Below, piece by piece: positions 38,431 through 52,390 of a stretch of 64,000 bases of DNA. The notes under the pieces are model-generated. The model worked only from the letters and a program-made list of their open reading frames with translations, made no database searches and was not told the DNA's origin. How positions within the stretch are numbered: position 1 is the stretch's first letter; each line of letters begins with the position of its first letter. A program made the position numbers and the translations under genes. The stretch spans positions 44,702,001 through 44,766,000 of the forward strand of contig NC_043003.1 of the NCBI RefSeq assembly GCF_006345805.1, given 5' to 3'. This DNA comes from Octopus sinensis (lineage: Eukaryota).

Positions 38431-38754
38431 CTTCAATTCAAACAAGAAGGAATTCATAAATTGCAAAAACAAGGAAAAGCCTGCTAAACTTTATTTTGGT
38501 CACAGGTACATTATACGACATAAAGGAAGGAAAAGTATGGTAGAATAAACTATATAGACCACCAAACCTTGTGCAAAATAGTGTAATCTGGAGAAATCTT
38601 GAGAGTTTCTATCAAAGGTTTTGCGGTTTTCTGCCCAGGCTCTCCGAAATCCATTTTGCATTTCATCCTTCCAGAATCGGTTTATAAAGTAGCATTCATT
38701 TACTTTAGTCCTTTATACATTCTCTCTCTTCTTCCACCGTTCTATCACCCTCAC

Positions 38755-38795
<41 letters not shown>

Positions 38796-39636
38796 AAGTT
38801 ATAGTTTGTATTGCTAGCTTCAAATACGAAAGCTGATTGACTAAATGCAAGCAACATCTTGAGTTATATTCTACGAAATCTTCTCATTAAACCAGGAAAC
38901 AAAACAGGCGGGAAAAGACTAATGTGTTACACGGAATATTATGTTTTCTATTTTAATAATCTAGTCGATAACATAACGAGGTAAAGCAAAATTGATTTTG
39001 ACTGTTTCGGAAATCAGAAAATCTTTCTATCTTAAAGCTGAAAACTGCCTCGTCAAGTACGTGAATGCCTTTCCCAACTGTTATATTGAGAGTGGCTTAT
39101 ATTTAAAGTTATCTCCATACCAGAAGTAAATTTATAACAGTAATCAACTTGCTACATCATGTGTTTGAAATTTATGCCTAACCAGAGAACGAGATATAAG
39201 ATTTCATCGAGATATTTTATAAAGCGAAACAATTTCAGTCGAGTGTTAACGCTTTCATCGTGTTATGTACGGATCAGTATCGGAGTTATTATCAAAATAT
39301 GAAACAAAATGAAATGACTTTGGATGCTTATAAATTTATATAGCAGAATAAATATAAGTCTCAATATAGTGTTGTAATACAATAAAATGTAAATTAAGTG
39401 AATGTGATTGCATCGTAAAAGAATACTGCTAAAGATAACACATTTGATTTCTATTTTACCGTACTATTTTACTGGATAGAGTAGAGTGGGAAATCAATGC
39501 GATAAAGATGTGCGCTTATTGAGAAGCCATAAAAGATGTTCAATAATGCTTAAAGCAACCTAAAAGATGCTAAAGCAGTTAACTCCGAATCAATATTACC
39601 TCTGTGTGTATAATCATGTATGTCTGAATGTGCATA

Positions 39637-39671
<35 letters not shown>

Positions 39672-39674
<3 letters not shown>

Positions 39675-39862
39675 AAAATTTACGAAAAAAAACAAACAAA
39701 AGACGAAGACAGCTGGTGTACAAAACAAACAGATGTTACATTATAACGCTCAGGAATAGAACAAGTCTTTTACGTTTCGAGCCTTCGCTCTTCCACAGAA
39801 AGTTACACAGAAAAAAAAAAACAAGGAGAGAAAAAAATGTGTGTAGTGGCTAACGATCTATC
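39672..39862 (-). mobile_element. ~190-bp non-coding element between TA-rich tracts, with a hammerhead-like core
   Basis: Minus strand 39767-39802 reads CUUU-CUGUGGA-A-GAGC(GAAG)GCUC-GAAA-CGUA-AAAG. Confidence 0.6.
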
Positions 39863-39898
39863 ATACAGATATGCATATATTTATATGTATATATATAT

Positions 39899-39929
<31 letters not shown>

Positions 39930-40077
39930 TATATGTACATATATATATATATACATATATGTATATATATTTATATATATATATACATGTACATGTATGT
40001 ATATAGATATAATATATACTTAAAATATACATACATGCATATATATATATACATATATATATATCATATATACATAT

Positions 40078-40480
40078 TTTTATTCTTTTATTCTACAGTC
40101 ATTTGAGTGCGTTTATGCTGGCGAAACGCCTTTTTAGTCGAAGAAATCGACCCCAGTACTTATCCTTTGTATGCGTGGTACTTATTCTATCGGTCCCTTT
40201 TTACCGAACCGCTAGGTTACTGGGACGTAAGCACACCAACATCGGTTATCAAATGACGATGGAGGGGAGGCTAGCACATACACAACGACACACACATAAC
40301 TATATATATTTACATATATAAGACGTGCTTCTTTCAATTTCTTTCTACCAAATCCACTCACAAAGCTATGATCTGAGGCTATAATAGAAGACACGTGTCC
40401 AAGGTGCCACGCAGTGGGTCTGAACTCGGAACCATGTGATTGTGAAGTAAACCTTTTATCCCACAGCCACGCCTGCTCCT
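40078..40480 (-). mobile_element. SINE type B, diverged
   Basis: The reverse complement aligns along 23896-24322, including the caaatgactg tail. Confidence 0.85.
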
Positions 40481-41999
40481 AAAATGCGTGAAATGCTTAC
40501 AGAATACGGGTTTCCGAAGCGGTCATACATTACAATAAGCTATAGGTTGCTTAACTTCGCTTATCAGACGAGAACTTATGCATTCAACATGATATGTTCA
40601 TATATACATGTATATGTATATGTGTATACATGTATGCATGTACGTGTGTAAGACAAAATGAAATCTCAGTCGGCAAGGGATTTATTGTGCAGAGAAGGAA
40701 TGATAATTTGACTTTATGTGGAGACGGATACAGCTCAGTAAGTTTTAAAGCGGCATCAGCAAAATTCAAAATTATTTGTGTTTCCAATATCGCCAAAAAG
40801 ATGTACACGCATATAAAAACGTATGTCAAGTTGAAAAGCATAAGTCCGATAGAAATAACAAATTAATATGGATATACGCGAGAGTGTAAATTTTTAAAAA
40901 AGAAAAACGAAAGTGTAACGTGCGGATTATTATAATTAAACCGTACACAACAAACAATTTCAATGGATAAATACATTTATAGGTGTATAAAATTTAACTG
41001 ATTGTCAGATATAGAGAAAAATTTAACATGTGTTGCAATTATGTTTTTAGTCTAGGTAAACTGCATTAAAACTATATGCTAAGTACTGTAAAGAAAAATG
41101 CTTCTATCAGTATAAAGCTTTAAAAAACACGTGAGTCGGAAATACGATCTCTAGGAAGAGTTGGCCGTGTCTAGATTCGGAATCTAAAAGAAAAACAACT
41201 AAAAAGAAATAGGTAGATAAAACAGTGGGTGCTTAGCCAAAAGCAATACATATAGCTGACAGAAAATGTTTCATATCAGCTTCACATGATCAATGCTTTT
41301 CGCAAACAGCTACCTTAAATAAATTGCAAAGCAGAGCACTAAACTACACCTGAAAATATGCAATCAAGAAAAAATACAATCGAACATGATATTTTTTTGT
41401 TTAGTCGTTCCAACTGCAGACAGAAAATACAATCACACCCAGCATTAGGTCAGTAGAATTCGTTATTCAGCAATATTTATGTACTTAAACAGCGAAAAGG
41501 AAAATAAATACATATAATAAATATCATACAATATACGGTCTCCCCGTAGTTATGTAGGGTATGTATGTTGAATTCTTATCCATAATAATTAGTGAGCTTG
41601 ATACGACCAACACAATCCAACTTGTTAGGCAATACACTATCTCAGGTATTAGGAATTTCAACAGCCTTAGTAACCTCACAAGAACAACACTCGACACGTG
41701 CTAGAATATCTCAGTTAAGTAACCGCGGAGAATATATATATATTGAATTATATAAAGCACAGCGTGACGTAAAAATTGAAAGTCTCGGCACACACTAAAA
41801 GATAAAACATCGCATTAACACGTATCCAAATACCATATCTTATATTCTTTTCAATATCCCTGGAATCTTTCATACCAGGATTGTTTAGGTGGGTTCATGT
41901 GGAAATATAACTCCAAAAATCCCTTTTTTTAAACGCTTTTCTTTCTTCGTTTCCTTTCTGCAAATCTCAGTTTAACATTATATTAATATATACAAAACA

Positions 42000-43085
42000 T
42001 ACGAGAGTTGGTTGAAACATTCAGAGTTTACCAATATAATCTCATGGAATATGATCAAATAAGGTTAATTTTTTAACATAGTCCCCATATGCGGTCCGTA
42101 CAGTTCTTCTATCGGTGTTTCAATACATGGATCCTATTGGTGAAGAGAAAATCAAGAACACTTATGACCTCAGCATCAGGTTCCTAGGCAGGTGTGTTTT
42201 GTTTCATGTTGAAGAACAGATGGTAATTAGATGGGACCAAATCGGAAGCATAGAGCAGGCAATCAACCAATTCAAATACATATGCACGCAAGGATGTCTA
42301 CGCTTTGTTTTGAACAAACAAGACGTTTCCATCAGTTTTCCTGCCCGTTTGGCTTTCATAATGGTTCAAGTGCCTCAGTAAATTGGCATAGTACTTTCCA
42401 TTGATGATGAGGCTCCTTTGAAGTCTATTAACACAATGCATCTTGCGTCCCAAATGTCATCACCTTCCCGATAGAATAGGATAGAATAAACTTGGCCTTC
42501 TTTGGAGCTAGTGAGGAAGGGTGTTTACACTGCATGGATTGTTATGTTTTCTCTGGATCAAAGTGACGAAGACGACAGGCGTCCTAGGTTGGGTAGCGTT
42601 TAATGAAACCAGCAGGAACTGCCAGAAACTATGTCAGATTTTCCTGTTTTATATTCAGACTTGTGCATGTTTGAGCAGGTCCCAGAAGACGTGGCACCCA
42701 CTGAGCAGATGCTATCGTCATGCGAAGATCCCTGTACAGAATATTCTCAGCTGTTTTGAAGGGATATGATTTTATCATTGGTTATTAGATTTGGAGTTAA
42801 TTGCCTGTCATCCAGCATGTGTTGAACACGATAGATGTTGTCCTCGATCGTCGCAGCTACAGGATGTCCAAACCTCGGGTCATCTTCAAGATTCTCGCTT
42901 CTAAATTCAGATTTTCAGTATTTCGCTGTTGATAAGGCTGGAGCCTGATCGTCTAAATTTGCAATAATATCAGCATGATTGTTTATGGTGGCTAAATCCT
43001 TTTTCTGCAGGTACTCGCTAAAACAACGACGCTAAATTCTGTCCATTTCCAACAGAAGTCGCTACTGCTTACTTTTGAAGACTTA
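42000..43085 (-). mobile_element. Degenerate mariner transposon
   Basis: Minus strand gives NLEDDPRFGHPVAATIEDNIYRVQHMLDDRQLT and NGKYYANLLRHL, typical of mariner transposases. Left end tacgag...; many stops. Confidence 0.8.
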
Positions 43086-44601
43086 TTTGAACAATCAGCT
43101 GTCATTTTACGTGGAAAGAAATTACCCGGAAAGAGATAATGCAGTTGGTAATTTTAAAAAAAGTGCTTAAATAAATGCATACCAGATTTTACAGCTTTAG
43201 TATCACTCGGTCATAATCCGCCTATGTCCATTTTAGCCCACCCTGGTACAAAAGCACATAAGCTACGTTTCTTGCGTTAGAGTTCCACGTACTATATGGA
43301 AAACGTCAGACAGAACTGCATTTTTTAGAACGTTTCCGCCTTTACACCTCTGTCACCGTTTTTTCTATTCATTTGTTGGCTTCTATTAATTTGCTTTCTT
43401 CCAGCATGTCGAATTTTTTTGGTTTCTTGAAATCGGCATTAAATTATTCTCGGAAATAGAAGCCATTTATCAGTAAAATTAATTCTAATAAACACTAATA
43501 ATTTCTCTTGGTGTTTGAAACTGGCCTGTAAAGTGTACATGAGAAAGTAATGTCCAATATTTAATTCATCAAACTTTTAGACGATGTGTGTAAGGACATT
43601 GTCTGATTGAACTAAATTATATGTCATCCTCGCATGTAAGTACAATGTTACTGTTTCACTCTCGGGGATCTTAGAAATACCTTCATGGGAAGGCACACTA
43701 AAAATTGCTTAGCGAAAACAGGTTCTTGTATTGACCTCAGCAAGTTGATGGATATGTAGTTGATGGAAATTACATTGCGCTAAATATTTTCTATTAGACA
43801 TCTGGTTTTGAGCCTAGTTTGGCCGTGATTTTAGGTGGATAGTATCGAGGAACGCTTTACTACTAGAATGATCTGTTGTATTTATAAAGTTGTTGGCGGT
43901 AGGAAGTCAACTTAAAGCGTTTACTATCTTTACAGGTTATTCTGTTTTCCTTTTCTAAACCTTGAGGGTTTTAAGAATGTCCTAAAAAGTGTCAGTGAAG
44001 TACAGTACTCAGTTGAATGTAAGACAATTCTCAAACTTAGAGATATATGTTCATATGTTTAAGTCTATTCACTGGAAAGCCTTTTAATGAAAAATAAGCA
44101 TGTTCTGCACGCATAGTGAACCACCAAAACGCCGTTACGTGATTCATAGTTTTCAATACCTTAAAAATTCCATACAGTTAGCTTGAAAAAATGTAAGAGA
44201 TCTACTAGTGGCTGTAAAAGCGACAACACTTAATCAAGAACTATCTGAAAATTTTGAGTACAATCTTTTGTCGCCTAATATCCACAGAAATATTGCTCAG
44301 CAGTACTACAATATGGCTACTATGCTTTGCCATGCGGCAGAAAACCCAACTTTTACACTGGTGGCAACTTATAGAAATCGAGACAAGTTCAGAGAAATGC
44401 TGTCAAGGAGGCTTGTCTTGCTTTTCTCCCTGAATGACAGGAGCGATTCATACAGCTAATTACAAAATTGACAGAGAAGGAAGAAGGGAGAGAGAAAAAC
44501 GAGAGAAGAGAGAGAGAGTGCATATTTGAATTAATTTCAGTGATAAACGAGTCCTATTTTCGAGAATAATTCCATGCTGATTTCAGAAAACCATCATATA
44601 G

Positions 44602-44972
44602 GCGCAGGAGTGGCTATTTAGTAAGGAACATGCTTCCCAAACACATGGTTCCGTGTTCAGTCCCACAGCATGGAACCTTGGACAGGTGTCTACTACTACC
44701 GAGTCCAGTACTATAGACTCGGGCCGACCAAAGCCTTGTGAGGAGATTTCGCAGACGGAAACTGGAAGAAGGCAGTCATATAAGTGCATGTGTGTGTATG
44801 TATTTATGTGTGTATGTGTGCGTGTTTGTCTCCTCCCCCTCATCGATTGGCAACCGATGCTAGTGTGTTTATATCCCCATAAATTATCGGTTCGGCAAAA
44901 GAGACAGATAAAATAAGTACCGGGTTTACAAAGAATAAGTCCTGAGGTCAATCTCTTCCACTAACATCCTTC
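44602..44972 (+). mobile_element. SINE type B, diverged, 3' tail missing
   Basis: ggcgcaggagtggct...gggccgaccaaagccttgtgag...ttcggcaaaagagac...tacaaagaataagtcc. Confidence 0.85.
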
Positions 44973-45169
44973 AAGTAAAATAATAAAATAATATTGGATG
45001 GAAAATAATAACCTCAGCAATGACCGAAAATGCACGATATTCAAATCAATAAGTTAAAATATTCTTAAGTTTAATCAATATCGACGGAAACAATATTACA
45101 TCTCATAAAGATATACAGAAACTTGTAACATGCAGACTCTTCTAATATATAGATATTGTGATGGAATCA

Positions 45170-45650
45170 ATCACATTGACTCAGTAATTTTAATCACAAA
45201 GGAAATGTTTATATCTAAATGACAGGTTTCAATGATATATAAAAGGAAGCAGCGGTGGAAACTTGTACAAATATACCCCAAATAGATAGCAGAGAATGGA
45301 ACAGTAACCATGCACTGGGACATGTCAATATACACATACGTGGAGATTAAGGTTAATCGACCAGATATTGCCATAAACAACCAGGAAATTGTATATCACA
45401 TAAACGGTTTATCAATTCCGTTGCAAGATAATACGTCACTTAAATAAATAGTGTAACAATTGAATGTTAAAACTGCGAATGAGAAATAAACTAGAGTCTG
45501 GGAATTGAAAACAAATACGGCGCTCTAATAAGACGTGCTTTCGGAATTATCAAATGAGTTTATGTCAAATAGATAACCCAGCATCCTTGATCAAACACAT
45601 AAGCACAACATATATCAAATAGTTTTGACTAAAGAGGGTGATGTATTATG
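45170..45650 (+). mobile_element. Degenerate RLE-type LINE 3' fragment, second family
   Basis: NGTVTMHWDMSIYTYVEIKVNRPDIAINNQE resembles the xxVTILWDxxIxTDRxIxxNRPD motif; followed by RVWELKT. Confidence 0.65.
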
Positions 45651-48600
45651 TAAATTACTATCTATGTAATAGTAAATCACAGGCAAACAACAAAATACCG
45701 TCTCGGCGATAGTTACATACCTTTTCACTGGAACTCAGAGTAAATGCATAAAGTCTAAACACGAATGAATGAATAAGGAGAAAATCATTATTACGGTTTT
45801 GTCTAATTCAGCTACAGACAAATAATGAGGCTAAATTCAAATCAGATATTAGTATATAGTACTATGTAGGACACCAAAATTATCATTAGAGTAAATGATT
45901 AATTAAAATAATTAATTTTAATAAATATATTTTGATAACACTATTTCAAAAATGCAATCACCCTGATCCTATTTCTGTTTTTAAGAAAAGCGCTATAAGG
46001 TTCTAGCAAGTCATCAAAATGGAAAATGGAAACAGGAAGTTTATTTTTTAATATAAACGCTATGATAGATAAAAACAGTTATTTATATATAGTTTGAAAG
46101 TTATATTCAACGAAATATATACAAACTGATAAAAATACATTGCATATTTAAATAGAGACAGAGAGAAACAAAATATGACGACAAACATTACTTATGAAAA
46201 CTGTAGAAATCAGCAAATCAAGGAGTTTTGAGAAAGTGAATATTTACGAATTTCATATAATTCGGATTATGTCGTGGTTACTTTGGCAGTTTCTTAGGGA
46301 GTAAGAACAGTGTAATTCAATAAATTAATGCAAAGTCTACACTGAATAATTGATCGGTTACAACAGGAAAATTAACTTCTGAAGGGACAACCATCATGCA
46401 CAACTTTAGACCAGATAAATATCTTTATCAACTATCTTATCCATCTCAACATGAACAACTATCAACAAGATAGTTGTTCATATTGCCTTCATTTTGCTTA
46501 TGTCATTCTTTGAAAGGTAATGGCCGGGTCGATCAAAGACATTCAGGTCTTCTGCTTTCAGCACATAGTTTTTCATTGGAGTTAACGTAGTTGACAGAGC
46601 AATACGAGATAGATGTACAAAAGGTATAAATTTTAAGTAAACATTTTAGCCGATATATTTTTAGTGAGCAGTAGGGTTGACTGTATCTCAGGCATTTGGT
46701 TCCCCACCACGCCCATCTAGATTAGCAACAACTGTATGATAATTGAAAGAGTTGCTTTCCACTAATTATTCATGGTTACCAATACCTTATGCATGGTACT
46801 TAGGTAAGATAAATGGCAAATTACTCTGAAAGCCGAGTGGAAGCTGCTGTATAAATCAGTAACCCAACTTTCAAGCTAGAACCGAAATCTCCCATACTTG
46901 GAACAGTCTACACAGCAAACTAAAAATAAATAGTCTTGTTTACAAATGGTCTTGCTCTTTCTCACTGTAAGAACATCGCTTTCAATGTCTTTCTTATAAG
47001 AAACAATTTGATTTATCTATCATTTTTGTAGTTCCATAATTAGCAAACAATTCACGCCATTGCATTTCAGCTCTATACTCCTGTTAATTCGAATCGGCAA
47101 TATTCCTCGGTCGCAAAGGACTTATCTAATTTCCAGATCAAAATTACTTATACTCTACAAAGAGGTATGGATTTAGCCGTGTTAAAAAGGTTCACTCTTA
47201 ATTCAGAAATACGTATTCGAAGATAAAATCGGATATCTCCCTTTTTATATTTTCTTAAAATTAAAAGTTTGATGACAGAAGGAGACTAAGTCACTTAAAA
47301 TATGGTGGCGTACATAAAGAAAATTCGTCCTAAAATTTAGTCCTAAAATAGTTCTAACATCTAAATTTCTATTTATGAATTACAAACAATGAGTAATTCG
47401 TCGTTGTTGTAAGCGAACCATGAATCTTTAACCGAAATTTCAAACGGAAATTAATATTGCTAGACAGATTTACAGCGAAAAAACTTGCAATGCCTTTGTA
47501 TTATATAAGGATAACGTTCATTTTAATTATTATTTTCGTTGTTGTGGTTTTTCCTCAGTCTAGCTGACCCCATCTCGTCTTTAATTCTGTGCAGGAGCAT
47601 ATATGTGTGCCGGCTGTATTTTAGATGGCATTGTGTGGGTTTCGATTAATTTTATTTATGGCCGGTTGCACGCCCATCCTTCCTTGGTTAACCCTACGAT
47701 TATCGATGTTTTACGAATTGACAGGTATATATACATGAACGTTTTAATAATCACGTAACATAGCTGGAACTTAATATAGGAATTTTAATAAATACTAAAT
47801 TACGTTGTTTTCTAAAGGGAAGAGGACCACGAGTTCTTTCTGTTGTGACCTAAACAATGCTTAGCCCCTTCTGTTGCTGGTACTATGGCTGAATTTGATA
47901 GCCTTTTAATATATTCAAAATTGCATAAATTATAATCAATATGCTTATTCACTATATTACTAATTAATATAACACCGTGATATTAACCTTTTCAACAGGC
48001 ACCAAATAGTAAATTATTATATATGCGAAAGAGAAGCGAAGTGTGAAGTGAGAACAAAATGTATTTTTTGATTTCATACAAGGAAGCGTATTCCTGCTTA
48101 TATGGAACTATAGATGTATCCGAGCCAATCGTAACATAGTTACGAGTCTACAAACCGCAAGCATAAAACTTCAATAAGATTCATTAAATCATGTTAAAAA
48201 AGAATAGCTTATACAACGCATAGGTTTATTAAAGGCAATTTATGCTTAAAAGATACGTGTATCATACATGCTTCTAATGCAACACTGAAACATGCTAATA
48301 GGACGACATTGTAATGTAACGTTTTCAGTTACTAACAGAAAATAATAAAAATCATTATAACTTAACAGACAACCTATTGGACAAAGACAACAGTAAAAAA
48401 TATTTGCGGGTGAAGAAGAGACGAAGTAAGCTAAGCATTATATTACGGGTACCTATTTATCGATCCAAAACGATGACCTATCACTCATTCCTACGAGAAT
48501 AGAACGGAAATCGAAGAATACTAAATATCGCAAAGGTGTGTAATTTTAATACCTTCAATACATGTGAACGCGGATGTTCTGCAATTGTTTACTGAAGTAA

Positions 48601-50829
48601 AGGTTTCATATTCAGATCTTCTTAACATTACGATTTTGTATTCACGTAAATTCCCATGTATACCAACTGAAGATTTAGAATCATTGATATCAAAACCATA
48701 GTATGTAATATATTTGGGAATTATTGAGAATGTTTCTCTTTTGTCGTTTCTGGTCGTTTCTGTTGACAAGACTAATAAAACTGACCATTCTAAAATTATA
48801 AAACTCTATAATCAATATCACATTCCTGATATTGAATATAACCTCAAGAAGTTGTTGACACAATTTTGTCTCTAAGATTCTGTTCGTGGCTTCTTTTAGT
48901 TATCCAATATTACTATGTTAAAGAAAAACTCGTTACATTCTCTGATGTGAATGTATTATTTCAATCATTTTTGCTATTCAGAGTCATAAATATTCTTCCA
49001 TATATCCAGAGATGATGGAGCATTCCATCAAGGAATACTCAATAAGGTATATATTTGCTTACCTCCGCCTTTCTATCATTACTGGTAAGCTGTGACATGA
49101 ACAAATTCAGAAATGTAATATCTCTCTTAAAAATGATAAATATATTTCCAATAGACGGCAATGTCTCACCTGAGACTCTTAATCGGAAATTAAAAAAAAA
49201 ACGCGATATATACCAACAAGCCTGTTTATGAATTATTTACTTTCTACTATATTTCCTCAGCTCCGAAATGTATGATTCTTTGCCTTCTGCTCCAAAAGCA
49301 ATAAATTAATAAGATGGCTTCTTGAACTCATTCAATCCAACTATAATGTAACACACCAAAAGGCTTCACAGAATATTGTCGTTGATGTTTTATGGAGATT
49401 TTCTCAATTTCATAAAATGCATTAGTCTTATACAATGTAATAAATCACCTACATATTACGCTGTAGTGTGCCTTCGAGAATATGTACAAAAACTAATAGC
49501 ATTTTATTATTTTTTCTTTTATTATAGAAGGAATTTGCAAAATCGTTTCACACTGCAATCATTGTTCATATTGTAAATCATATGTATAGAAATATCCATA
49601 TTATCGTAAAATTGTGATACATTATATATTTTAACATTAGGACCCCAAAACCTGATCCCATGTAACATTTGGTATGTGGTTATCTGTTGCAGTTAATTGA
49701 CCACTAGTGCCACGATCTCATTAAATATACATTCTAAAATGTACCGTGATATTATTTCATACGGTTATCCTGAAAAGTTAGATTCTGTACACTAAAAAAT
49801 TCGTAGTGAACTGGTAAGAGCATCTTTCCAAGCATTCCATATCAGTTGAGATGCATGTCAGAGTAAAGCTGAACTCAAGTAAACTAACGTCAAGTAAGAA
49901 GCCGAACTATAAACAAGTATGCTTTCTGATACTCTGATATGATTACTGAATTGACACAAATTGCTTCACTATGTTTGAAAATCATCGTTTGAACATGCTT
50001 GGAATAAATTGAAAATTATGATTTACTAGTAAAGCAAAAATCCAAGTTACGCTACTCTCAATTTGAAAACAACATTCGCACATGTTACTTCGAGCCACCT
50101 TACATAGATCAACACAACATTCCTTAACAACCCGACGAATTACTTAAATGAAAATTGGAAATTATCGTTATTACACTACTTGTAGATAAAATGCAGACAC
50201 GTATGATGGAAAAGACGCTAATATATCGGAAGATGACTATGTATGACTTCTAATGCTATCCCACCAGGCGAGTCAATTACGATAGGGTTGACAATCTATA
50301 TTATCGCATAACGAGTGGGTAGTGTAGAGATTTGCGATTGGAGCTGATAGGTATCTTGATGACCGAGACAAAGGCTAATATCAAAACTGCATTTGTCGTT
50401 CTGCCGGACACTGTTGAAATTGACTCTCTAAGGTATATTTTACTGGGCAATAGGTTCAAAAAATTTTGCTTGACACTTCAGCCTGCTTAGTACTCTGCGT
50501 TTCAAGCGTGTGGCTAGTCTTTCGGCCATTAGGGCCTGATGAGACATCGGTTGAAGAGAGCTAATATTTACTACTGAACGTCAGCCTGCGATAGGTCGAG
50601 AAAAATCACGTGGTTTAGCGGTCTCATGTTTGTTTTGTCAACTGTGTCCGGCAGAACGAACAGGAATTTGACCGCGCTGTGTACAAGAAATCGACCGCGT
50701 TCTGAACAAGAAATCGTTCGCCTGATTGGGACGAAGTAGGAAGGGGCAGTAGATGTTGAAGTATATATATGTATATATGTACATGTATATGCTAATACAT
50801 CTGCGTATATGCGCCCGTACTTATACGAG

Positions 50830-52390
50830 TGTATATGTGTGCTTAGTTGTACATTAACATATACGCACGCACACTCTCTCTCTCTCACACACACACACAC
50901 AAAGGTACACACGCACATATACGCGTTCACACATACAGACACATACAGACACACATGCGTCCACACTTTTATTGCTATGTACATATGAACACGAGCACAC
51001 GCACACAAATATGCACTGTACATACATGCACACACACGGGCACACATGTATATAGGCGCGCATACGATGAGCAGATGCATATGCACTGTCACGCTCATTC
51101 GCGCTCGAGCACATACACTCGTGTGACCATGCACAGCGGTGATGTACGAGAGGTGAACATGTGCTGTTAGACAGGAATGGAGAAGTGTTGAGGACAGATG
51201 CTGGGCGGTAGAGGATATGCAATTTTTTCACGGAGGAAATGTTTCTTTGTTAACGACAGGAAGCCTTTAGCTACGTTTGTAGAAACTTCTAAGTTAAATG
51301 GGGGTTTTTACCAGATTATTTTATCTGGTATTTCTTAGAAATTCCGCTTCTATCCAAAGCAGCGTTGTAGTTTGGGGTAGTCCTTTTAAATACATTCATG
51401 TTGGCTGAGAGTTTCGACATGCGTTTGCTAATGCCTGAAACCAGGTTTCTAATTACAGCGGAGGGGGGGGGGGTAACTATTGTGGATATATACTGTTTCG
51501 CCATTAGGTTTCCTGTAGGAGTAGTAATTGCCGGTTTTTAGATCTAAGGTTGCGTCCAAATAATGGAAGGTAGTCAGGTTGGTGGTAACTCTTTGAATAC
51601 ATTTTTTTAAAGTCCTTCCTGAACATGTCCATACCATGGTCATTCATTACGCTTGAGATAGCCATGCCATCGTCACTAGAGCGGGCCATCTTCCGAGACG
51701 AAAATCCACCATCAAGTGAACAATTACCGACAGGGAGCCATTATCTTCAGCCAGCGCCCCTAATTACCAGCTGTTCCTCCGCGAAACACTACATGTCGCC
51801 TGCTAACCTGGGTGTCCAAGAACTAGAAATATGAGGTTTCGTATTGGTGTCACCAGAGGTACACTCTTCTGGTAAATTCCAAGCCACTGGCTGCCGACAG
51901 CCCGGTCATACATCCTTAGTACCAGCCACACCTAACAGCGCATGTACCAAGGTCACTGACACAAATTAACTCCAACACTTCTTCATGCCGGTCTACGTCC
52001 ATACGCTCACCCCTCCTACATCACCCCTTTTACGTGACCACAAGAGTATATATGCACGAGCGCGTATGTGCGTGACTGTGCACATCCATCTGCTCACTAT
52101 ATGTCTGCGCACGGATGTGTGTGAGAGGGTGTACACGTGCATGCGTGCCCGATAAGTGTGCACCTGTGTGCATATATGTACGTCTGCACACCTGGTGTGT
52201 ACGTGCGTGCGTGCGTATGCTCCTGTTCATATGTACATAAAGATAAAAATTGTGCACACGCATCTGTCTGTATGTGTGAGCGTATGTGTGTGTATATTTG
52301 TGCTTTCGCATGTGTGTGTGTGTGGGTGGGTGGTTGTGTGCGGTCGTATGCGCGCGGATGTGTGAATGTACATCTAAGCACACATACAAA
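50830..52390. repeat. Diverged inverted homologous arms (50830-~51190 and ~51975-52390), CA-rich
   Basis: Collinear motifs such as tatgtacatatgaaca.gagca, gagcagatg.at.tgcac.gtcacgc.cat.cgcgctcg.gca and ggtgatgta.gag.ggtga...gaagtgttg. Confidence 0.75.
51300..51720 (-). mobile_element. Penelope-like RT fragment (YRDDG-type)
   Basis: RSSDDGMAI, YLDATLDLKTGNYYSYRKPNGETVYIH and VIRNLVSGISKRMSKLSAN...YNAALDRSG, over frameshifts. Confidence 0.8.
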
